Assembly (NCBI GenBank): GCA_965215015.1
Contig: OZ244042.1
Coordinates: 2,816,001-2,880,000, forward strand
From: Candidatus Poribacteria bacterium
GTDB taxonomy: Bacteria; Poribacteria; WGA-4E; PCPOR2b
DNA length: 64,000 bases
Direction: 5' to 3'
Position 1 is the first letter of the stretch. Every line of letters begins with the position of its first letter. The notes under the pieces are model-generated. The model was not told where the DNA came from. It made no database searches and saw nothing but the letters and a program-made list of their open reading frames with translations. The position numbers were made by a program, and so were the translations under genes. This document shows positions 56,664-64,000 of the stretch, piece after piece.

Positions 56664-56836
56664 CGTATGCCAACCTCCCTTGCTTATTACCAGGATTAAA
56701 GGGATTGAGCAGGATACAGCCCTTTAATCCCGGTCAACTCTCGATGTTGTTGGATCGCGCCAATCCTTACAACATTGCGGATTCACGATTCCGTAAGCGT
56801 TAGAGCAACACAACGGAATCGGAACCCTCTTGAAGC

Positions 56837-57481
56837 TTAACTATCTGCCGCCCATTGAACACCCTGGCCCATCAGTTTCTGCATGGCAGGTTGCTCAAAG
56901 GTGGCGGGACCGTGTCCCAGCGATGTGTAAAATACCCGTCCATCGCCATAGGATTTTGCCCATGCCATCGGGTGTTGTTTTTCCGCCCATTCCGCGGACG
57001 CGAGGATGTGGAGATAGGGGTCATAAGCGGACATATAAATCTCGTCCTCGACCTCAAAGTCCCCAACGCCCTGTGTAATCGGATGATTTGAATCGTCGAT
57101 ATTCACTGTGAAAGTCCCCCCCGGTGGATGCCAGTTGGCATGTCCACCGATAAGGTCAACGGCACGCCCTCCAATCCACCACGCCGTTCCGTGAATGCCG
57201 ACCAGTCCCTTTCCACCACTGATGAATTGAAAGAGACCGTCCTCCTGCTCAGTCGTGAGGTCTGGCTCCCGCTTGGGAGTGCCATCAGGTTGACTGACTG
57301 TACGAGTGAACCCGGTGCCGAATACACAGACATCAAATTCGTCCAGTTGAGACGATGCCAAGACCTCTTTATCATCCGTAAGTTCTACCGACATATCGCC
57401 TCGTGCCGCAAGGAAATCGTGGATGACGGACGCACTATCTGCAAACCGATGATTTGGGCCTGATAAAACCAAAACTTTCAA
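56837..57481 (-). CDS. ThuA-like (class I glutamine amidotransferase-like) domain protein
   Basis: GGKGLVGIH, HPITQG, DEIY, GRVFYTSLGH; TTG start after GGAGG. Confidence 0.85.
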   Translation of the reverse strand: MKVLVLSGPNHRFADSASVIHDFLAARGDMSVELTDDKEVLASSQLDEFDVCVFGTGFTRTVSQPDGTPKREPDLTTEQEDGLFQFISGGKGLVGIHGTAWWIGGRAVDLIGGHANWHPPGGTFTVNIDDSNHPITQGVGDFEVEDEIYMSAYDPYLHILASAEWAEKQHPMAWAKSYGDGRVFYTSLGHGPATFEQPAMQKLMGQGVQWAADS

Positions 57482-57727
57482 TGTGGGTGCCTCCTCTATT
57501 CCTTCTGTTTGTTGTTACGTTTCTGCGCATATTTGTAAGGCGCAGCTATGTTAAGCCTGTTGTCAGTATAGAAGAAAATAGAAGCCCTGTCAAGACAATT
57601 TTAGCTGCTTGTTTAGTACAGGAATCACAGGTTAGCAAAGCTGTGGCTACGAAGAGGTTGCCATTGTCGTATGCCAAAGTCTTACACAATTTTATATGTG
57701 GTTGCTTTGCTTCTATAAGAAGGAATA

Positions 57728-57756
57728 TTGATAACTTACGGCGTGTGTTGTATAAT
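57728..57756 (+). promoter_or_regulatory. Sigma70-type promoter
   Basis: TTGATA-N17-TATAAT upstream of 57790. Confidence 0.7.
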
Positions 57757-57789
57757 ACGCAAATATAACGATGTATAAAGGAGGCAAAC

Positions 57790-58548
57790 ATGGCACAAAA
57801 GAAAATACTGATTACCGGTATGAGCGGATTAATCGGTGGCATCGTGCGGGAGCACTTAGAGGAAACCTATGCTTTGAGCGCACTCAATCGCCGCTCAGTA
57901 GATGGAATCGAATGCCATCAGGCGGATATCGCTGACCTCGATGCGATACAACCCGCCTTCGAGGGAGTTGATGTGGTCGTGCATTTAGCAGCAAATGCAC
58001 GGGGCGGTGCGACGTGGGAAGATCTCTTGAGTCCCAATATCATTGGAACCTACAATGTTTTTGAAGCGTCCCGCCGGGCGGGCGTTAAGCGGGTTATCTA
58101 CGCTAGCAGCGGCTCAACGGTTAGCAATTGGGAGCGGGAGTTTCCTTACGATGCGCTTGCTGAAGGACGTTACGATGAGGTCCCCGAAACGTGGAAAAAG
58201 CTGGACCACAATTCGCTGACACGACCAAGCGGGCTTTATGGATGTACCAAGGTATTCGGCGAAGCGTTAGCTAGACATTTTACGGACGCTTGCGACATCT
58301 CAATAATCTGTTTGCGCATCGGTGCAGTCACTCGTGAAAACCGTCCAATGCACCCGCGTATGTTTTCCGTCTGGTGTAGCCATCGAGACATCGCACAGAT
58401 GGTCGAAAGGTGCATCGAGGCACCTGACAGCGTGGAGTTCGATATTTTCTTCGCCGTATCGGATAACAAATGGAGTTATCGCGACTTTTCACATGCCCGT
58501 GAGGTGGTTGGATTTGAGCCACAGGATGCAGCAGAGGCCCACCGTTAA
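57790..58548 (+). CDS. NAD-dependent epimerase/dehydrogenase (uronate dehydrogenase-like)
   Basis: ILITGMSGLIG, VVHLAA, YASS, YGCTK, CLRIG. Confidence 0.88.
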   Translation: MAQKKILITGMSGLIGGIVREHLEETYALSALNRRSVDGIECHQADIADLDAIQPAFEGVDVVVHLAANARGGATWEDLLSPNIIGTYNVFEASRRAGVKRVIYASSGSTVSNWEREFPYDALAEGRYDEVPETWKKLDHNSLTRPSGLYGCTKVFGEALARHFTDACDISIICLRIGAVTRENRPMHPRMFSVWCSHRDIAQMVERCIEAPDSVEFDIFFAVSDNKWSYRDFSHAREVVGFEPQDAAEAHR

Positions 58549-58571
58549 CCATGACTCGGAGGACAATTTTG

Positions 58572-59459
58572 ATGAACCAATCTATTGCTATCACCGAGGA
58601 ACAACGACAACAGTTTGATGAGGATGGGTTTATTCTAATTGAAGATGCCCTCAGTCCCACAGAGGTTGAGACGTTAATTGAAATAGTGGATGAGTTAAAT
58701 GGGCGGTATCGGAACGAAAAAGGAATTGGACCGGATGAACCGTTCCAGATTCGGAACGCCCTCGCGCACCATGAGGAATTGTTGCACTTGATCGATCACC
58801 CGATTTTGCTGCCGCTTGTAGTAGATGTTCTCGGCGTCAATATCCAGATTCGCACGTCACACCTCGATGTTCGTCCCCCCTGTCCGCCCGAATATGCAAC
58901 TCAGAAGCTGGGGGCAAAGGATAGCTTCTTCCCTTGGCACTCGGACGGCCCGAATTTTGGGTATCCGATGACCAACGGACAGGTGCCGTTTGTGGAGGTC
59001 AAGGTCGGTTACTATCTGACAGATCTGACGGAACACAACAGCGGCGCAATTTGTGTGGTGCGGGGCAGCCATAAGCTATCCCCGGCACTGATACATAAGG
59101 AGGGCTACGAGATCGATTCCGACCGAATCGTAGAGGTAAACGTCCGTCCCGGTACGGCGATGCTTTGGCGCACCGCGCTCTGGCACTGCGTCACCCCGAA
59201 TCTATCAAACTACGCTCGAAAGTGTTTGTACTACGGTTATCACTATCGTTGGATTCGTCCCGCCGACTACCTCCACCAAGCCCCGGACCTAATCGCTCGC
59301 TGTACACCGATTCAGCGGCAGCTACTCGGAGAATTGGGCGATGGCAAAGGGAACTACATGGGAGATGACCCTCAAGTGCATCCGATTTCCAGACATTGGC
59401 GTCCGGACGCTGATGATATTCCACTTCAAGCTTGGGCGGAAGCACAGATGAGTCAATAG
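58572..59459 (+). CDS. PhyH-family dioxygenase
   Basis: FDEDGFI, WHSD, VVRGSH, LWHCV. Confidence 0.88.
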   Translation: MNQSIAITEEQRQQFDEDGFILIEDALSPTEVETLIEIVDELNGRYRNEKGIGPDEPFQIRNALAHHEELLHLIDHPILLPLVVDVLGVNIQIRTSHLDVRPPCPPEYATQKLGAKDSFFPWHSDGPNFGYPMTNGQVPFVEVKVGYYLTDLTEHNSGAICVVRGSHKLSPALIHKEGYEIDSDRIVEVNVRPGTAMLWRTALWHCVTPNLSNYARKCLYYGYHYRWIRPADYLHQAPDLIARCTPIQRQLLGELGDGKGNYMGDDPQVHPISRHWRPDADDIPLQAWAEAQMSQ

Positions 59460-59480
59460 CCCGTTTCGCTCCCGCGACTG

Positions 59481-59509
59481 TTGACAAATGTGGATGGTAC
59501 GCGTATAAT
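59481..59509 (+). promoter_or_regulatory. Perfect sigma70 consensus promoter
   Basis: TTGACA-N17-TATAAT upstream of 59570. Confidence 0.8.
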
Positions 59510-59569
59510 CTCGCGTGAAACCGTTGAGTTTTTTCTTACGAAACCCAAAACTTCCGATAAGGCACTATC

Positions 59570-60772
59570 ATGCAAGTCAGCCGGCAACAACTTATGGACG
59601 AGGGCTACAACATCTTGAGTAACGTGGTTCCTCCGGATCAGCTTCAACCGCTGCGCAATAGTATTGAGCACATGGTCAATCGGAGAAAGGAACTCTCTGT
59701 TCAGCGGCGTACTCCCGACCAACCACCGGGGGGTGAATGGGCGGCGAGTGGTCAACCACGATTGAGATTTTCCACAGATTGCGACAGCGAATCTGCCAAC
59801 GTCATCGAATTCTTGCTTCACGAAAATACCTTGGGTGTTGCCCAACAACTGATGGATACGGAAGATGTCGTACCACACAATCTTGCTTGCATCTGTAGTG
59901 CGACCGCCGGTGAGACCGGCCCGGCGAAGTGGCACCGCGATGTTGGTCCGGGAGAACCCGCCCCGTTGCGTGGCATGATTTCCAATATGCGGCACCACGG
60001 TCCCAGCTACCTCCAATGGAACATTGCCCTCTATGACGACAGCGTATTTTGGATTGTCCCCGGCAGTCACCGCCGAGTCAACACCGATGAAGAAGATTGG
60101 CAATTGACTGAAAACGCGTCGGTCCCGCTGCCCGGCAGTATGCCTGTTGAACTCAACGCCGGCGATGGGGTTGTGTACACCCACCTATTGCTGCACTGGG
60201 GAAGTTACTACAGTAGCAAAATGCGACGGACACTGCATCCCGGTTACCGTCCTTTGCGCTTCTCCTCCTTTCCCAACGTTCACTGGCGACATTGGGAACC
60301 GGGTTTTTATCACTATCTTCCGGACACTATAAGGACACAATTTGAGGTGTGGGACGCGCTCTTCTTTGCAGAGTTTGATCTGGTTGCAAAGATCTTCCAT
60401 GCAATCATAAACAAAGATGTTGGCGCATTTGAAGCGGGGCTAGACCAACTGCATCCATCGCCATACGACCGAATAGTCTGCGTCGTTATGCTCTCAAAAT
60501 TGAGTCGGACGTTGTATCGACTTAAACACACGGATACCCCACCTGATTCACTCTGGAGTAACGGTCGAGACATCGTCTACCTCGGAACCCACTTCACCAC
60601 TGAACAAACGGAAATCCTGTGGAAGCGGTTTGGTACACTTGATAAAAAATTGAAGAACTCCGATCAGGAAGCCCACCCTGGTTTCCAGCGGAGTATGTCA
60701 ATATACAATTCCGACAACATGCCTGCGGCTTTAGAGGTTGCAGACTTTATCAATAGTTGGAATAACGCCTAA
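59570..60772 (+). CDS. PhyH-family dioxygenase, long type
   Basis: WHRD, QWNIALYDD, IVPGSH, LNAGDGVVY, LHWGS. Confidence 0.88.
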   Translation: MQVSRQQLMDEGYNILSNVVPPDQLQPLRNSIEHMVNRRKELSVQRRTPDQPPGGEWAASGQPRLRFSTDCDSESANVIEFLLHENTLGVAQQLMDTEDVVPHNLACICSATAGETGPAKWHRDVGPGEPAPLRGMISNMRHHGPSYLQWNIALYDDSVFWIVPGSHRRVNTDEEDWQLTENASVPLPGSMPVELNAGDGVVYTHLLLHWGSYYSSKMRRTLHPGYRPLRFSSFPNVHWRHWEPGFYHYLPDTIRTQFEVWDALFFAEFDLVAKIFHAIINKDVGAFEAGLDQLHPSPYDRIVCVVMLSKLSRTLYRLKHTDTPPDSLWSNGRDIVYLGTHFTTEQTEILWKRFGTLDKKLKNSDQEAHPGFQRSMSIYNSDNMPAALEVADFINSWNNA

Positions 60773-60815
60773 TCTACAAACGAGTATTCACATTCTACCT
60801 CAAAGGAGGCACCCT

Positions 60816-61619
60816 ATGCCGAAGTTCCGCCTCACTCCAGAACAACTCCGTTTTATGGATACATTCGGGTATCTCCATTTCCCCGGATTTCTCGATGACT
60901 GCGTCGATCAGATTATTGAGGCTTTTGAACAGGTCTGGGTTGACCTGAACGTAGATCACCCCGAAACGAAACGCACATTCATCGTACCGTTCATCGGTCA
61001 AAGCGAATACCTCAGTTCCCTCCTCGACGATGACCGGATTGATGGAATCTTCGCTAGTCTATTGGGCGAGGATTACACCTATCTCGGCAGCGATGGCAAT
61101 TTCTACAGTGGGGATACCGGTTGGCATTCCGACGGCGGTTGGCCTCGTCCTGTCCGATATTATAAGATGGCGTTTTACCTTGACCCACTGACCGCGGGCA
61201 CCGGGGCAGTGCGTTTCATTCCCGGCAGCCACAGATATGGAGATTTATATGCCGAGACAGTCCAACAAAACATCACCAGTTTGGAAGAAATCTACGCGCT
61301 CGATGGACCTTCAGTCCCTGCGGTCGCTCTCGAATCGAACCCGGGGGACCTAGTCATTTTCAATCAAGGTTTAAAGCATAGCTCATGGGGTGGTGGCACA
61401 CAACGACGCATGTTCACGATTAACTGCGGGTATCGATACAAAGAAGATGAGATAGACCTTCTACGCAAAGAACTTGACCTTGTATCGCGTTTCGGGGAGG
61501 GCAAGGTCTATGGGGACAAGATGATCGCAACGGCGGGAGCTGATCGGATGGTACATCTTGAACAGGCTTTGGTGCTCGCCCCAAATGGTGTCTGGACTGT
61601 CTCGGAAATGACAGGGTAG
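60816..61619 (+). CDS. PhyH-family dioxygenase
   Basis: RBS GGAGG; MDTFGYL, WHSD, FIPGSH, PGDLVIFN..LKH. Confidence 0.88.
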   Translation: MPKFRLTPEQLRFMDTFGYLHFPGFLDDCVDQIIEAFEQVWVDLNVDHPETKRTFIVPFIGQSEYLSSLLDDDRIDGIFASLLGEDYTYLGSDGNFYSGDTGWHSDGGWPRPVRYYKMAFYLDPLTAGTGAVRFIPGSHRYGDLYAETVQQNITSLEEIYALDGPSVPAVALESNPGDLVIFNQGLKHSSWGGGTQRRMFTINCGYRYKEDEIDLLRKELDLVSRFGEGKVYGDKMIATAGADRMVHLEQALVLAPNGVWTVSEMTG

Positions 61620-61717
61620 GGAGGTCAAGAAAAGGGTTAGGGTCGATTGTAACTTGGGTTCAATAATACAAAATTGCTATAAATGCTTGACCCCGCGTGA
61701 GATAGTCTATACCCTCT

Positions 61718-62071
61718 ATGGCAATGATAGATTCATCCCTCCCAAAAGTAGAGCAGCAGCGGGTCGAAGGTGTCACCGTTAAATCCCTCCTCATCGCCTC
61801 TCTTCTCATCCCAATTAACTGCTACTGGGTCATTGAGATGGAGGTTATCCGGTACTCTGGTCATCCGGTCACCATCTCCCTCTTCTTCAATGTCGTTTTC
61901 AGTCTTTTTGTAGTTATCGGTGTCAACCCGTTTCTTAAGTGGTTTTCGCCCCGTTCTACACTGAATCAGGGAGAACTTATCATCGTCTACCTGATGCTGT
62001 CTATTGCGTCTGGCATCACGGGGCACGACATGCTCGAAATCCTCGTGCCGATGTTTTTGACATGGCTATGA
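61718..62071 (+). pseudogene. 5' fragment of a DUF6785-like membrane protein (paralog of 18961-20898)
   Basis: LLIPINCYWVIEME...GELIIVYLMLSIAS matches the first ~110 aa of the 645-aa paralog, then stops next to the 3' flank of giant gene 3. Confidence 0.75.
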
Positions 62072-62120
62072 TTTCAAAAGAAACTTCATAATTACAAACA
62101 ACGGGGTTTATCATTGGTAC

Positions 62121-62164
62121 AAAAAAAACTGCTAAATGCCTCGTTGCGAGGAGGCATTTAGCAG
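62121..62164 (-). terminator. Rho-independent terminator of giant gene 3
   Basis: Stem ctgctaaatgcctc / gaggcatttagcag plus A8. Confidence 0.85.
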
Positions 62165-62227
62165 CTATATCTAAGTCAGGCAGATGCCCCCCCCTACGAA
62201 TGACTTGGTAGGAGAGGCCTCACCAGG

Positions 62228-64000
62228 TTATTTCAGAATCAGCATCTTACGGGTTGCCGAGAATTCTCCTGCACTGAGGCTGTAGAAGTAGATGCCACTG
62301 GCAACCTGTTCACCGAAACGGTTTCGCCCGTCCCAGTAGATGGCTTTGGCTCTCGACTCATAGACCGCCGCGGTCTGATGCCCCATATCAAGGGTTCGCA
62401 CCACCTGACCCGCGGTATCATAAATCGTCAAGACCACATCCGCATCCGATGCCAACCGATACGGTATCCAGGTCTCTGGGTTGAACGGATTCGGATAGTT
62501 CCGAAGTAGCTCCGTCTCTGACGGAATCTCATAGGCGATGAGGTCTGCCAACTCAATCCGAGTGGCTTTCACATCGTCAACCGTAACGATATGCCGCACG
62601 GGTTGGACACCGATTAACGGACTTGGGGAATCTGCCGAAATCTCGAGGACATCGCCCACCTGTGCCGCATGACCGACCTTCAGGTCAACAAAGGTCATGT
62701 TGTAACCTGTTGCTGTCTCAGCAGAGGTCACCCGGTTGAGTGCGGCTTTGGTGGACAGATTCTTCACCTTGACCCGGAATCCGTCCTGCACGACTCCGGT
62801 GGTCTCATCAACGACCGAACCGTTGACATCAAGGACGGGGGTTTGACCGGCAACCTGATGGGTAACCAAGCCGCTAGGGGCAGCCCCCGTTGTGTCCTGA
62901 CTCCAACCTGTTCCGAGAAGGATAGCCGTTGCATCGGTGGTCGCTGTGACCAGATAGGCAGCATCGCCCATGACCGGTTCATCGTTTACATCCTCGACCA
63001 GTCCATCATTTACATCCGCTGCCGCTGCAACGGACTTGTATCCCTCCGCGGTTAAAACAACGACACTGACGACAACGCCGCGCGCAAAGAGCCCTGCAAT
63101 GTCGCTGACATTGTTCAGTCTCGCATCGTTAACGGGTAGGCCGATGAAGTTAGAACCGGCGGTGAGATTAAGGGTTGATGCGCCGTCGTCCCAGGCATAC
63201 CCGGTGAAAGTCACCGTCGCTTCAGCACTCATTGAAAGGAGGATACCCAGGTCTGCGGTAATCGGTACATCGTCGCTGCGACTATTCCATAAATCGGTCG
63301 CCCTATCATAGACAATGAGCAGATTGGCGTTGCTGCCAAGCATCTCGCGGAGGTCGCCTACCGTGTCGAGCCCCTCAACTGCCAACGGGACGTGGAACAG
63401 ACTGATCCCTGCCGGTATCTGTGAGGTATAGGACAGTTTGTTATCCAACGTAACCATCGCCGTGCCGCTGCCGCTGTTGCCTGCGGCGTCGATCGCGGTT
63501 ATGGTGATGGTTTTGGCCCCGTTGAGGGCTGTGTTAGCTTCACTGACAACGACTGAGGCACTATACGAACCATCGGCCCCCATCGTCAGAGCGACCGCAT
63601 CGGTTTGGGTGGTATCTAACATGGAGACATCCGCCATCACGGAGGTGATGCTGCTCGCGTCGGAGACGGTCGCAGAGATTTCCACCGACTCACCGTCGGC
63701 AACGGTCTCAGGAGACGCCATCGCCATCACGGTCGGCATCGTGCTGTCAAGTGTCAACGCATTGGACACCATCGCACTTTGACCATTCAGACTGACAGAC
63801 ACATCATACATACCATCGGGGTGCTGAACGACATCGGCGTGCGGATCAGCGACGACGGTAAACGACCCGCTGTAGGCACCGCTCGATACTTCTGCCATCG
63901 ACCGGTCGGTGACAATCGAACCGACGGAGAACATCACGGTTCGGCCTGCCGTGCCCATCGCACTGACGGTGACGGTATCACCCGCCCTCGCGAGTGCCGG
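62228..64000 (-). CDS. Giant exported repeat protein paralog 3 (partial; runs off the window end)
   Basis: Frame is open to 64000 (..ALARAGDTVTVSAMGTAGR..) and closely matches the C-terminal ~580 aa of paralogs 1 and 2. Confidence 0.85.
   Translation of the reverse strand, partial: PALARAGDTVTVSAMGTAGRTVMFSVGSIVTDRSMAEVSSGAYSGSFTVVADPHADVVQHPDGMYDVSVSLNGQSAMVSNALTLDSTMPTVMAMASPETVADGESVEISATVSDASSITSVMADVSMLDTTQTDAVALTMGADGSYSASVVVSEANTALNGAKTITITAIDAAGNSGSGTAMVTLDNKLSYTSQIPAGISLFHVPLAVEGLDTVGDLREMLGSNANLLIVYDRATDLWNSRSDDVPITADLGILLSMSAEATVTFTGYAWDDGASTLNLTAGSNFIGLPVNDARLNNVSDIAGLFARGVVVSVVVLTAEGYKSVAAAADVNDGLVEDVNDEPVMGDAAYLVTATTDATAILLGTGWSQDTTGAAPSGLVTHQVAGQTPVLDVNGSVVDETTGVVQDGFRVKVKNLSTKAALNRVTSAETATGYNMTFVDLKVGHAAQVGDVLEISADSPSPLIGVQPVRHIVTVDDVKATRIELADLIAYEIPSETELLRNYPNPFNPETWIPYRLASDADVVLTIYDTAGQVVRTLDMGHQTAAVYESRAKAIYWDGRNRFGEQVASGIYFYSLSAGEFSATRKMLILK

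Noticed and set aside
59453-60184. 243-aa minus-strand ORF
   Set aside because: Antisense to a clear PhyH gene with no recognisable motifs.

Overview
This 64-kb bacterial window most resembles Candidatus Poribacteria. That is an inference from six phytanoyl-CoA-dioxygenase (PhyH) genes, BNR/sialidase, NHL and Gfo/Idh/MocA genes, and proteins ending in a 'NYPNPFNPETWIPY...YWDGRN..GE.VASG.YFY' FlgD-Ig/T9SS-like sorting domain. The dominant structure is three dispersed, same-strand paralogs of a ~2300-aa exported beta-rich protein (3756-10685, 25308-32231, 62228->64000). The two complete copies behave like self-contained cassettes: they share a promoter, a ~200-nt leader, a signal peptide, a conserved C-terminal two thirds, a terminator with compensatory changes and a 3' tail. 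They differ in a strongly diverged N-terminal domain, and the third copy is a patchwork of the other two. Two of the three 3' cassette ends abut truncated host genes. A second accessory island (42.0-49.4 kb) is bracketed by inverted, truncated Cre-like tyrosine recombinase genes. It holds a consensus-promoter-driven structured ~250-nt leader/ncRNA, a Cys-rich ORF with a small membrane ORF, an excisionase-like HTH gene, a TnpB remnant and a translationally coupled phage-like 5-gene operon. The remainder is catabolic and regulatory: prpD, tcuA-like, an ECF sigma/anti-sigma pair, a PAS kinase with an NtrC-type regulator, and many oxidoreductases. These are interspersed with gene fragments, IS200/IS605 remnants and REP/MITE-like repeats. 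No rRNA, tRNA or CRISPR array was seen. All assignments are by eye without database searches.
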